Source: Synergistales bacterium (lineage in GTDB: Bacteria; Synergistota; Synergistia; Synergistales; JAFGMB01). From it: a DNA stretch of 64,000 bases. This document shows, in pieces, positions 11,198 through 20,722 of this stretch; position 1 is the first letter of the stretch; each line of letters begins with the position of its first letter. A program made the translations under genes and the position numbers. The DNA lies in the NCBI GenBank assembly GCA_963666205.1, contig OY762654.1, positions 1,376,001 to 1,440,000 on the forward strand, in the 5' to 3' direction. Below the pieces are notes generated by a model that worked only from the letters and a program-made list of their open reading frames with translations, did not search any database and was not told the origin of the DNA.

Positions 11198-11575
11198 ATG
11201 TTCAACAGAAAGATATGGATTATTGCTCTTGCAGCAATAATGGTGTTTGGCGGCGCATCTTTTGCGGCTGTCGGGGGGGATCTTGTCGGAACATACAGGG
11301 GAGTATTCACAGGGTCAGAGAACTACGGTGTATTTCTTGTCACAGTTAATCCTGACGGATCCATCTACGGAACCGGACATTCACAGGTATTTATGAGTGA
11401 CCTTGTTTTCGAGGGCACTGTAAGACCGGATGGTACGACCGAGTTTTACACTGTTAGCGGAGCCGATAGTCCAATATACTTCAATGGCAGGATCGATTTC
11501 ATAAAGAGGCTTCTGGGCAAATGGACCTACCGGGACAACAATGCCTGGGGCTCGTTCAACGGGTTGATCCAGTAG
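11198..11575 (+). CDS. Small secreted hypothetical beta-rich protein
   Basis: AAAGGAAG SD before ATG 11198; signal peptide MFNRKIWIIALAAIMVFGGASFA. Confidence 0.75.
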   Translation: MFNRKIWIIALAAIMVFGGASFAAVGGDLVGTYRGVFTGSENYGVFLVTVNPDGSIYGTGHSQVFMSDLVFEGTVRPDGTTEFYTVSGADSPIYFNGRIDFIKRLLGKWTYRDNNAWGSFNGLIQ

Positions 11576-11674
11576 AACCAGGATATCTTATACTGGAGAA
11601 AATGCTAGGGGTATGAATCATCCCAGTTTCGTAAACTTTGGCATTAGGTTCGTTTTAACAGCCGCAATGGGAAA

Positions 11675-11723
11675 ATCCAGACCCGGATCATCTGCAAGTT
11701 AACACATATGATCCGGGTCTATC
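11675..11723. repeat. Palindromic hairpin repeat, copy 2 (homologous to 1533-1580)
   Basis: ATCCAGACCCGGATCATCTGCAAGTTAACACATATGATCCGGGTCTATC; arms AGACCCGGATCAT / ATGATCCGGGTCT. Confidence 0.75.
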
Positions 11724-12124
11724 TATTGATTACTTCTATTGAGATCTTACGTAACGATACCCCCTGATTCCTGAAGATTCGAGTCCTGGCGGGAAATAGC
11801 TGAACTGCAAAACCGCGCGTACAATGTCGCGTACATTAGGTGTGCGTAACCAGTGAAAAAAGTTTGAAGGCTATTTGTACCCAGTTTGTCATTCAACTCA
11901 TAGTTATGGCCAGTTTTGGAGTATATCCTGTTTCCAAGGGATCGAGAGCCAGAGAAACTGTCATTTCAACAATAGACCCCGATCTTTCCTTTGTTATTGC
12001 AACAAAGGGACAACAGCCCCAATAGCTATACCTTCATCTTCTTTTATATTCGACCCTTTTCACATTCGGGAATTAACCTGATTACAATTTCAGATACAGA
12101 CACCAAAGGTTCGGATGATCTACA

Positions 12125-12152
12125 TTGACATATACTAATTCATCATTATAAT
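12125..12152 (+). promoter_or_regulatory. Sigma70-type promoter of the regulator-TRAP-DapA-like operon
   Basis: TTGACA-16 nt-TATAAT, both consensus; imperfect palindrome CTCACCAATGATGAG at ~12164-12178 may be an operator. Confidence 0.75.
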
Positions 12153-12205
12153 TAAGATAGCTACTCACCAATGATGAGCGGTAATGGCGGAGGAATTGAT
12201 ATCAA

Positions 12206-13009
12206 ATGAGTAAAAGTAGAAAAGAAATTGAGTATATTGTCCTTTCAGAATTATCCAAATCAGAACATCCCTTAGGCGCAGGCGCTATTCGGGTCCTTCT
12301 AAACGATCATAATATTGATTTTGGAGAAGCTACGGTCGGAAGATTTTTAAAACATCTTGATCTTGAGGGTTATGTGGACAAAGTAGGGTTCAAAGGCAGG
12401 ATCATTTCTGAACAAGGTCGAATCAGGCTGAAAAGTCTCTCTGACGAGAAAGCAAAAAACAAGAATCTGAAAGATTTCGGATCTTTTCTTTCTACAGATG
12501 ATGGTACCTATGTAAGGGATATTCTTGTTGCCCGGAGGGCTCTTGAATCTGAAGCTGCAGCTCTTGCTGCTCAGAATGCATCTGACGAGGATATCAACAC
12601 GATAGAGACCATACTGGACCACATGAGGTCCTTGCTTGATTCCAATCAGAGCATGGCTGTCACAGACGTTGAATTCCACGACAGTATAGCAAAAGCCTCG
12701 GGAAACAAGATTATCGAAACCGCCTTGAAGGTCATTCGTCATGGGGGGAAAGACTCTGGAATAGTTGAATTTCTGAGAAACAGGGCAGGGAGTCAGATCG
12801 GGAAGGATCACCTGGTAATTCTGGAAGCTATTCGGAACAGAGATTCAAGGAAAGCTCGAAAATTAATGCAGAATCATCTTGATAACATCATCGAAGACCT
12901 GACATCTTATGAAACAAGTGTGTTTGGCGATAATAACCATGAAAATGCCTGTTCGGGCATTAAATCAGAAAAGGAGATGATCTCAAGTGTTAAAACACCA
13001 TCGAAGTAA
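12206..13009 (+). CDS. Transcriptional regulator, N-terminal winged HTH + FCD (FadR/GntR C-terminal) domain
   Basis: EATVGRFLKHLDLEGYV wHTH; RRALESEAAALAA, DVEFHDSIAKASGN, H..ILEAIRNRD..A..M..H FCD motifs. Confidence 0.85.
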   Translation: MSKSRKEIEYIVLSELSKSEHPLGAGAIRVLLNDHNIDFGEATVGRFLKHLDLEGYVDKVGFKGRIISEQGRIRLKSLSDEKAKNKNLKDFGSFLSTDDGTYVRDILVARRALESEAAALAAQNASDEDINTIETILDHMRSLLDSNQSMAVTDVEFHDSIAKASGNKIIETALKVIRHGGKDSGIVEFLRNRAGSQIGKDHLVILEAIRNRDSRKARKLMQNHLDNIIEDLTSYETSVFGDNNHENACSGIKSEKEMISSVKTPSK

Positions 13010-13970
13010 GAAGCTCATTGCCCTGGTTATCATGTTCCTCTTTATGGCAGTTGGACCGTTAGCTGCAGCTCCCAAGTTCTTTACCATTGCCTCGGGTCCC
13101 GTAGGGGGAGGATGGTATATCCTTGGCGGAGTCCTGGGGGAACTTGTCAAATCTGAGTATCCTGAAACCAAGGTTGCGGTAAGGACCGGAGGAGCTATTT
13201 CCAATCCCACCACTGTCAGCACGGGTAAAGCAGATGTAGCAACAACGCAGGATCAGATTTTCTACCAGGCTTATAACAATTATCCCAGCTTCAAGGAACA
13301 TGGTGATCACAGTAATCTTATGGGATTAGCATATCTGGGCGATATTTATATGGGTGTTTTCCTTGTAAAACAGGATTCTGAATTCCAGTCACTCCAGCAG
13401 ATCGCTGATAACAAAATGCCCATAAGGATAGTAACTGCCCCGAAAGGTTCTTCTCCTTCAAAAGCAACAGAGAGATTACTGGAAGAATATGGTATATCAA
13501 CTGAAGATCTGAAGGAATGGGGAGGAAGTATAAGCTACGTATCCTATTCAGAGGGATCTGCACTGATCAAGGACGGACATGCTGATGCGTGGTGTGGACC
13601 TATAATGCCTGCAACAATAGACCTTGCTGTCAGCCGCCCCCTCAAAGTTCTTCCTATCAGTGAGAAAGTACGTACGGCACTCAATGAGAAATATAAATAC
13701 GGGATCAGGACCATCCCAAAGGGCACCTATGATTTCATAACGGAAGATACCCCTGTTATCGCTGAATCTCCCATCCTTATAGTTAATAAGGATATGCCGG
13801 AAGATGTAGCCTATACCCTTGTCAAAGTCATGTGTAATAACCCTGACAAGATCCGGGGTACCAGCAAGACCTACAGCAAGTGGAGCCCTGAAGTTGCCCC
13901 AAATATCACAGGTGGCCCGATACATCCGGGAGCAGTAAAGTACTACAAAGAAAAAGGTCTTATGCAGTAA
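12987..13970 (+). CDS. TAXI-family TRAP solute-binding protein
   Basis: Signal peptide; IASGPVGGGWY, TGGAISN, PIHPGAVKYYKE; GTG start with AAGGAG. Confidence 0.92.
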   Translation: MLKHHRSKKLIALVIMFLFMAVGPLAAAPKFFTIASGPVGGGWYILGGVLGELVKSEYPETKVAVRTGGAISNPTTVSTGKADVATTQDQIFYQAYNNYPSFKEHGDHSNLMGLAYLGDIYMGVFLVKQDSEFQSLQQIADNKMPIRIVTAPKGSSPSKATERLLEEYGISTEDLKEWGGSISYVSYSEGSALIKDGHADAWCGPIMPATIDLAVSRPLKVLPISEKVRTALNEKYKYGIRTIPKGTYDFITEDTPVIAESPILIVNKDMPEDVAYTLVKVMCNNPDKIRGTSKTYSKWSPEVAPNITGGPIHPGAVKYYKEKGLMQ

Positions 13971-13986
13971 ACCTTTGAGTCTGTTA

Positions 13987-14027
13987 AGAGGAGAAGAGCA
14001 GAGATATATCCTCTGCTCTTCTCCTCT
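13987..14027 (+). terminator. Intra-operon stem-loop after the SBP gene (attenuator or mRNA stabiliser)
   Basis: Perfect 17-bp arms AGAGGAGAAGAGCAGAG / CTCTGCTCTTCTCCTCT with a 7-nt loop and no U-tract. Confidence 0.65.
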
Positions 14028-14066
14028 AGTGTGAGTGTTTAGGTTAGTAATAGTGGAGGGTTCATA

Positions 14067-15962
14067 TTGAAAAGATTTGGGATACCGACAAAATATATCG
14101 TACTTATCCTCTCTATAGTCCTTGTAGGGTTTCATCTTTACACTGCTGCATTTGGCACAGTGATCACCCAGCTTCAGAGAAGTATTCATTTAACACTTGC
14201 CGCTGTTCTTGGCTTTCTTTGTTATCCTCGGTCGAAAGATTCCAGAACCGACCTCTTTGACATCTTTCTGGCAGTAATAGCTGTTTTATGTTTTGGATAC
14301 ATACTGATAAATTACGACAGGATCGCCCTGAGACAATCCCTTGTAAGTTATCTTTCCCCTTTTGATCTGGTAATCGGTGCTGGTGTGATACTCCTCGTGA
14401 TAGAGTTGACCAGAAGGACCGTAGGGAAAGTATTGAGCCTGGTGACCATAGCCTGCCTCCTGTTTGCTTATTACGGCCAGATCATGCCGGATATCATAGC
14501 TCATATAGGGGTCTCCCTGAGAGATATCATCGACTACCAGGCCTTTGGTCTAGACGGTGTATATTCCATGCCCCTCAGCATTTCCGCCACCTATATTGTC
14601 CTCTTTATTATCCTTGGAACCATCATGGAATATTCGAAAGCTGGAGACGTGATAATGGATCTTGGCAAATTGCTGGCAGGAAGGTTCAGGGGCGGCCCTG
14701 CCAAGGTGGCGTGCCTGACCTCTGCTTTCTTTGGATCCATTTCAGGGAGTGCTGCTGCCAACGTTTATGCCACAGGTACATTTACCATACCGATGATGAA
14801 ACGTATAGGATATAAACCGGTAACTGCTGGAGCAGTGGAAGCTATCGCTTCCACTGGCGGACAGATAATGCCTCCTGTAATGGGTGCAGCCGCTTTTATC
14901 ATGGCCGAAACCATAGGCATTCCATATATTTCCATTTGTAAAGCCGCGCTTATGCCTGCTGTTTTTTACTATATAAGCCTCATCCTGGTTCTTGATTTTA
15001 TCGCTGCCAAAAGGAACATTAAAGGCATAGCCCGAGAAGAGCTTCCAAAAGTCAGAGAAGTAATGCCTAAGGTTTACCTGCTGCTGCCTCTGATCGTTCT
15101 GGTGGTGGTCCTTATCAAAGGGTATACCCCCTTTCGCGCCTCTTTCATTGCAATAATCCTGAGTTTCGTTCTGAGCTTTTTCAGAAAGGATACCCGGTTC
15201 ACTCTCAACACTTTTCTTGAGGCTGTGGTGGTTTCCGCAAGACGGACTTCCATGATAGCCATTGCCTGTGCAGCTGCAGGGATAGTGATAGGTACTATCA
15301 CCCAGACAGGTGTCGGGCTTGCCCTTTCAAGCATCATTGTCTCTCTTTCCGGAGGACATCTCTGGCTGGCCCTTATTCTGATCATGGTCAGTTGCATAAT
15401 TATGGGTATGGGAACTCCTACAACTGTCGCTTATATCATTGTGGCGACCTTGGCAGTCCCCATAATGAAGGATCTCAATTTTGCAGATCTTCCATCCCAT
15501 CTTTTCGTCTTTTATTTCGGCGTCATGTCCATGATCACTCCCCCTGTCGCTATAGCAGCATATGCTGCTGGTGAAATAGCGCAGGAGGATCCGATGAAGA
15601 TCGGTTTTGCTGCCACAAAACTTGCCGCGATCGTTTACATCCTCCCCTTTGTCTTCCTCTTTGATAACAGCCTCCTTTTAATCGGAGAATGGCCTTATGT
15701 AGTTATGAGATTATTTTTCCTGCTTCTGGCCGTTTGCATCTTTGCAGGAGCAATTACAGGATGGACACTGATAAACCTTTCTTTAATTATGAGAGCACTG
15801 ATGGTGGGTGTTTTCTGCACCCTTGTAATACCTGACATACCCCTTAACCTATTGGGTACAGCAGCTTTTGGTGCCACTATTGCATTCCTTTACATGAAAT
15901 CGAAAAGAGCGGATGAAAAGTTAAAGACAATAAATATACATGAAGGAAGGGAAGAAATATGA
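14067..15962 (+). CDS. TRAP transporter fused (4TM/12TM) permease
   Basis: GGPAKVA, GSISGSAAANV, ASTGGQIMPPVMGAAAFIM, TPPVA; highly hydrophobic. Confidence 0.93.
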   Translation: MKRFGIPTKYIVLILSIVLVGFHLYTAAFGTVITQLQRSIHLTLAAVLGFLCYPRSKDSRTDLFDIFLAVIAVLCFGYILINYDRIALRQSLVSYLSPFDLVIGAGVILLVIELTRRTVGKVLSLVTIACLLFAYYGQIMPDIIAHIGVSLRDIIDYQAFGLDGVYSMPLSISATYIVLFIILGTIMEYSKAGDVIMDLGKLLAGRFRGGPAKVACLTSAFFGSISGSAAANVYATGTFTIPMMKRIGYKPVTAGAVEAIASTGGQIMPPVMGAAAFIMAETIGIPYISICKAALMPAVFYYISLILVLDFIAAKRNIKGIAREELPKVREVMPKVYLLLPLIVLVVVLIKGYTPFRASFIAIILSFVLSFFRKDTRFTLNTFLEAVVVSARRTSMIAIACAAAGIVIGTITQTGVGLALSSIIVSLSGGHLWLALILIMVSCIIMGMGTPTTVAYIIVATLAVPIMKDLNFADLPSHLFVFYFGVMSMITPPVAIAAYAAGEIAQEDPMKIGFAATKLAAIVYILPFVFLFDNSLLLIGEWPYVVMRLFFLLLAVCIFAGAITGWTLINLSLIMRALMVGVFCTLVIPDIPLNLLGTAAFGATIAFLYMKSKRADEKLKTINIHEGREEI

Positions 15963-16888
15963 CAGAAAGTAAAAAAGTTTTTTCAAAACCTGAAGGTTCA
16001 TGGGTAGCACTTATTACCCCTTTTACTGAAGATGACAGGGTCGACATGGACGGATTTGCAACGCTTGTTGATTTCCACGTAAAGAACGGTTCCGACGGAG
16101 TAGTTTTCATGGGCTCCACAGGGGAAGCAACTTCTCTGGATATAGAGGAAAAGAAAGAGATCATTTCAGCCATGGCGGACTATTGTAAAGGAAAGATCCC
16201 TGCCATGTTCGGGGTAACATGCTCCACCACAAAACAGACCGTAGCTCTTGCACAGCATGTTGAAGCCAGGGGCGGAGAAGGAGTGCTTATGGTAGTACCG
16301 CCATATATCATTCCGCCGCAGAAAGCCATTTTCGACCTTTTTGCAACTGTGGCACGATCTGTATCCATCGGGGTTACTCTCTATAACAACCCGGGAAGGG
16401 TGATCGCAAACATTGACCCGTCAACGATTGAAATGCTCGGAGAAATGGACAACGTATTAGCCATCAAGGAAGCATCCCCAAGTATCACACAGCTTATGGG
16501 CGCTGTTCAGGCTGCAGGAAATAAAATGAATGTCCTTTGCTGCGATTCTCCAAAATTCGGTTTGATCCTGCCCCTTATGTCCATGGGCGGACATGGTACA
16601 TCAAATGTTACGGGCAATATCATCCCGGCAGAAATGGCCAGACTTTCCAGGCCATGGGAAACAAAAGAACATGTTTTTGAAGCCAGGGAAACCTTTTTCA
16701 AATACAAACCCCTTATGGAAGCAGCTTATTCGGCAAGCAACCCCATAGCCATAAAGGCTGCCGTCGGTCTTCTCGGCCTGCCTGCAGGGAAACCGAGGCT
16801 GCCGTTGACTCCCCTGGATAACGTGAAACTGGAAAAAATGAAAAAAATGATCGAGACATTCCAGCTTCGGGAAAAATACGGCCTTTAA
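15959..16888 (+). CDS. DapA/NanA-family class I aldolase (dihydrodipicolinate synthase-like)
   Basis: ALITPF, GSTGE, LYNNP, AIKEAS Schiff-base lysine, NPIAIK. Confidence 0.9.
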   Translation: MTESKKVFSKPEGSWVALITPFTEDDRVDMDGFATLVDFHVKNGSDGVVFMGSTGEATSLDIEEKKEIISAMADYCKGKIPAMFGVTCSTTKQTVALAQHVEARGGEGVLMVVPPYIIPPQKAIFDLFATVARSVSIGVTLYNNPGRVIANIDPSTIEMLGEMDNVLAIKEASPSITQLMGAVQAAGNKMNVLCCDSPKFGLILPLMSMGGHGTSNVTGNIIPAEMARLSRPWETKEHVFEARETFFKYKPLMEAAYSASNPIAIKAAVGLLGLPAGKPRLPLTPLDNVKLEKMKKMIETFQLREKYGL

Positions 16889-16900
16889 CAGGGAGGTTTT

Positions 16901-17299
16901 TTGAATATGCTCACAAAAATGAGTCTGCAGAATAGTGAAGATTTTCTTCTGACCCTTGGGCCGGGGGAAGATATCTACAAGGAAATAGAAGCCTTTTTCA
17001 GGGCCTCGGGTTACAGGGAACTTGTCATAACAAGTGCTATCGGTTCGATGCTTAAAGCTGTACTGAATTATCCCAGGGATAAATCCCTTCCCCCGGTAAT
17101 TGAATCAAAGGAAGTAGAAGGACCCTTTGAAATAGCTTCAATGGTTGGAACAGTCCGTTACATCGAAGATGACAAAGTACACATACACATGCACGGTTCC
17201 GTTGCAGATAAAGGTGATCAGATATACGGAGGTGCTCTTGCCCGAGGATGCACCACCTATAAAATGCTGGAACTGATAGTAAAAGGAGTTAAAGAGTAA
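16901..17299 (+). CDS. PPC/DUF296 domain protein
   Basis: SAIGS, GPFEIASMVG, HIHMHGSV..GG. Confidence 0.85.
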   Translation: MNMLTKMSLQNSEDFLLTLGPGEDIYKEIEAFFRASGYRELVITSAIGSMLKAVLNYPRDKSLPPVIESKEVEGPFEIASMVGTVRYIEDDKVHIHMHGSVADKGDQIYGGALARGCTTYKMLELIVKGVKE

Positions 17300-17301
17300 A
17301 C

Positions 17302-17691
17302 ATGGCGGTTCTCTGGTTGAAACACTATATTCCCTCAAAGGATAAACAGGATCAGAATCCCGGGGTATATGAAAAGACATCTGTTTCTCTTGAAGAAATA
17401 GTACAGGCTTCAAAGAAACGTTTTAACGCATCTGGAGTAGACATTATGATCGAGAAAAAAGAATCCCCTGAATTCGACTCGAGAGGGGATAACGAGATCA
17501 CTGTTGAATGTCTCGAGATGGGCCTTAAGGAAACTTCTATACAGGATCTAACCAGTTCTGAAAATCTCAAGGCCCGGGGTTCAATGTTTCCCTGCCCCTC
17601 GAAGGAAACCCTCGAAAACATTATGCAGGACCTTCTTTTTCAGGCCATAGATCTGGCTGATAATGATGATTCAGCCTGCTCTGGCGGTTGA
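17302..17691 (+). CDS. Hypothetical protein, last gene of the operon
   Basis: AAGGAG/AAGAG SD, 2 nt after the previous stop, followed by a terminator. Confidence 0.65.
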   Translation: MAVLWLKHYIPSKDKQDQNPGVYEKTSVSLEEIVQASKKRFNASGVDIMIEKKESPEFDSRGDNEITVECLEMGLKETSIQDLTSSENLKARGSMFPCPSKETLENIMQDLLFQAIDLADNDDSACSGG

Positions 17692-17759
17692 AGCCTGGAT
17701 TAGCCAATGGGTCCCATTGGTATGATTCCGGGCAATTGATACCACTTGCAGTAAATGCG

Positions 17760-17794
17760 ACCCGGGGCATAAGATTCTGCCCCGGGTATTTTTT
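17760..17794 (+). terminator. Rho-independent terminator
   Basis: ACCCGGGGCA-loop-TGCCCCGGGT followed by a T-tract. Confidence 0.85.
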
Positions 17795-17846
17795 ACCATT
17801 GGAATATATCCTTTTTTCAGGGAGCGAGATTCATGAAAACTGCTGA

Positions 17847-17960
17847 TTCAAGATCTGGCTCCGATTTTTTTATGTGAATAAAAAAAGAGACCGGTCGGCA
17901 TAAAGAAGTCTCATCCATCTGGCGAACCAGACGGGCGACTAGAGCCATACCTCCGTCTCA
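17847..17960. repeat. Degenerate core site plus 'right arm' element
   Basis: TTCAAGATCTGGCTCCGATT, A-tract, TCTGGCGAACCAGA (identical at 27444-27457), GAGCCATACCTCCGTCT (identical at 34182-34198). Confidence 0.75.
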
Positions 17961-18120
17961 AATGTTATTTCAGACCTTTCATACCTTAAAATCCAGTAAG
18001 GACATGAGAACCTGTTTCTTCCCAGATCTATGCTTATTCCGATCTAAACCAGTTCCTGCATCTGTCCCTGGACCATCTCATTTATTTCAAAAGAACACGC
18101 AATAATATTGGATCGATTTT

Positions 18121-19653
18121 TTATTTCAGATTCTCCAGATAGGATCCTGCCAGTTTTAAATGTCTATTCAGTTTACTCCTGTCCATTCTTTCAAGGTTTT
18201 TCAGCATTATTTTCTGCCTGGGATTTCTGCTGAATTCATCCCTGTGGACATGAATGAATCGCCAGAAAAGGGAATCAAGTATCTGGCACCACTCTCCCTT
18301 CTGGTAACGGCCCATCCTCAGCAGGTAGCCTGAACTGCACAGATACGGTTTAGTTACCATGCTTCCGCCGTCCGAGAACTGGCTCATACCATATACATTT
18401 GGAACCATTACCCAGTCGAAGGCATCGATAAAACGGGACATGAACCACCGATAAACCTCGTCAGGTTGGACCTCGCAGAGAAGAAGGAAATTCCCGAGCA
18501 GCATCAGCCTCTCGATATGATGAGCATAGGAATATTGTTCTACTTTTTTAAGGCAGATATCTATGGGGATAATCCCCGTTTCACCATTAATAAAAGATTC
18601 AGGAATCGCCCTTTCATGGCGCCAGAAATTTGAAGTTCTCATGATATTACCTCTTTTACGATAAACAAGACGCATAAATTCTCTCCACCCGCAGATCTGC
18701 CTGATAAATCCTTCTATATTGTTAACAGGGATATCTTTTTCTCCCACGTATTTCATCGTATCCTCAAGAACTTCCGAGGGAGTCAGTAACCCTGTATTAA
18801 GGGAAGAAGAGATCACGGAATGGAAAAGAAAAGGATGTTGAGGGGTCATGGCATCCTCATAGTCACCAAAATGACACAGTCTGTGATTTAAAAAATCATC
18901 AAGCATCTCCCTTGCATGATCCCCTGTAACAGGATAGATAAAATTGTTACAGTTACCTGGATTATCAGGATAATTTTTCCCGATTTCGGCAGCAAGATCC
19001 TCCAGATCGGGGGAATAAGAAAAACAAGGCAGGGAAGGGACTTCAATTTCCTGAGGCAGTTTTTGTCGATTGGATGGATCATGGCTCCATTTACCGCCTT
19101 TCGGTCTCCCTTTTTCATCAACAAGTATCTGAAAACGTTTTCTCTGGTTTATGTAAAAACTGGTCATGGAAAGCTGTTTTCCCCTTAGGGGAAGTTGGTC
19201 CTCCTCTCCCCTGAGACAAAGGAAAGCAGGTGATTCCAGAATTTCCAGTGAAAGGCCAGTTTGTTCTGAAGCATCCTTAAGTCTCTTTTCAAGAAGGTGA
19301 TCTGCGGGATCTGCCAGGAAAAGTTTCAGAATTCCTTTTTCATTAATATTTTCAAAAAGATCCCTGTATGCTGAAGCCCCCTTTTGATAACTGACAATTG
19401 CAGTTTCGTATCCTCTGGATGAAAGGTTTTTCTGATATTCAAGACATGATGCCATGTGAAGAAGCAGCTTCTGTTTCGAGAAACTGCAGGGGTACTTCCA
19501 GTCTTTCCAGAAAAGCTGGTCCTGGACTATAAAGACCCTTCTTCCCCTTTTTAAACATGGATGGTGTCTGAAAAGCTGTGTCGGGAAAACAAGAACTCCC
19601 TCATTAAGGGGTGAAGATTCCACTTTTTCTACTTTTATCTTTTCATTCTTCAT
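18121..19653 (-). CDS. Cryptochrome/photolyase, PhrB (FeS-BCP)-like (6-4) photolyase family
   Basis: LVFPTQLF, KQKLLLH, P.GGKWS.D..NR, FG.YEDAM, EGFIRQICGWREF, YAHHIERLM, DAFDWVMVPNVYGM, TKPY. Confidence 0.9.
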   Translation of the reverse strand: MKNEKIKVEKVESSPLNEGVLVFPTQLFRHHPCLKRGRRVFIVQDQLFWKDWKYPCSFSKQKLLLHMASCLEYQKNLSSRGYETAIVSYQKGASAYRDLFENINEKGILKLFLADPADHLLEKRLKDASEQTGLSLEILESPAFLCLRGEEDQLPLRGKQLSMTSFYINQRKRFQILVDEKGRPKGGKWSHDPSNRQKLPQEIEVPSLPCFSYSPDLEDLAAEIGKNYPDNPGNCNNFIYPVTGDHAREMLDDFLNHRLCHFGDYEDAMTPQHPFLFHSVISSSLNTGLLTPSEVLEDTMKYVGEKDIPVNNIEGFIRQICGWREFMRLVYRKRGNIMRTSNFWRHERAIPESFINGETGIIPIDICLKKVEQYSYAHHIERLMLLGNFLLLCEVQPDEVYRWFMSRFIDAFDWVMVPNVYGMSQFSDGGSMVTKPYLCSSGYLLRMGRYQKGEWCQILDSLFWRFIHVHRDEFSRNPRQKIMLKNLERMDRSKLNRHLKLAGSYLENLK

Positions 19654-19880
19654 AACAATTACACTCTCCAGTAATTATTCTTTGCAATATATTCTTTCAT
19701 TAACATACTGTTCTTGTAAATAGAATTTGACCAGAATCAGCATCTGAAGAGATGAAGCTGATTTAAAACTGACCGGGGAAGTTGTATGAAAGCTTAATGA
19801 TCAGAAGAGGCCCGATTTCAGAAAAGCTGACTTTACATCTAAAACAATGATCCAGACCACTTTCACATCTTGTATCTAAA

Positions 19881-19939
19881 ACAATTATGTCAAGTTTTCT
19901 ATATAAAAAACTTGACATAATTGTATCGGAACCTATACT
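19881..19939 (+). promoter_or_regulatory. abiE promoter with a perfect 18-bp inverted-repeat operator overlapping -35
   Basis: ACAATTATGTCAAGTTTT-8 nt-AAAACTTGACATAATTGT; TTGACA 19912-19917, TATACT 19934-19939. Confidence 0.8.
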
Positions 19940-19975
19940 TGTTACCAGAGATAACAACTTAAGGAGGGGGCTATT

Positions 19976-20710
19976 ATGCCCGTAATGAAAAAACTCAAGC
20001 AGGACATAGCCAGAATGGAAAGCGGAACCGTTTTTTCATACAATGATCTCAAATTCAGCGAATTACAAAAGGGCGCTCTTGCAAAAGCTCTCAGCAGACT
20101 TGTTAAAGAGGGAATCATTCAGAGATTCTCAAAAGGGAAATACTACAAACCGAGAAAAACCAGGTTTGGATACCTTCCTCCTGCAGAAGACCAGATTATT
20201 GAAAAATGCCTTACCAGAGAGGGAAAAACAAGAATTGGATATGAAAGTGGAATCAATATATATCGAAAACTTGGCCTTACTAACCAGATTTCGAATGAAA
20301 TAATAATAGCAACTTCGAAACTCGGGAAAAGTTCTTTTTATTTTAATAACATCAGAATTAAATTCATCCGACAGAAGAACACGATTACCGATAAGAACAT
20401 CTATTACCTGCAACTCCTGGATGCTTTAAAAGAAATTAAAAAGATCCAGGACAGCGATCTGAATCAGTCTTTGAGGATTCTGAAGACTAAATTACAGGAA
20501 CTGGATCCGAATGAACGAAAAAGGATGATATCTCTGGCAAAACGATACAACCCTGCTACCAGAGCTCTGTTTGGGGCATTGTTGGAAAGTATCGGAGAAT
20601 CTCCAGACGCTCTCTTGCCACTCAAGCGATCCCTGAACTCTCTCACCAGGTTTATTTTGAAACTGGATCCGCAGATCCTACCGAATAAAGCGTTATGGCA
20701 GATCGCTTAG
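19976..20710 (+). CDS. Type IV TA antitoxin, AbiEi-like (wHTH)
   Basis: KALSRLVKEG..RFSKGKYYKP, LGLTNQI; directly upstream of an AbiEii toxin. Confidence 0.82.
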   Translation: MPVMKKLKQDIARMESGTVFSYNDLKFSELQKGALAKALSRLVKEGIIQRFSKGKYYKPRKTRFGYLPPAEDQIIEKCLTREGKTRIGYESGINIYRKLGLTNQISNEIIIATSKLGKSSFYFNNIRIKFIRQKNTITDKNIYYLQLLDALKEIKKIQDSDLNQSLRILKTKLQELDPNERKRMISLAKRYNPATRALFGALLESIGESPDALLPLKRSLNSLTRFILKLDPQILPNKALWQIA

Positions 20711-20722
20711 GTAACTGTCATA

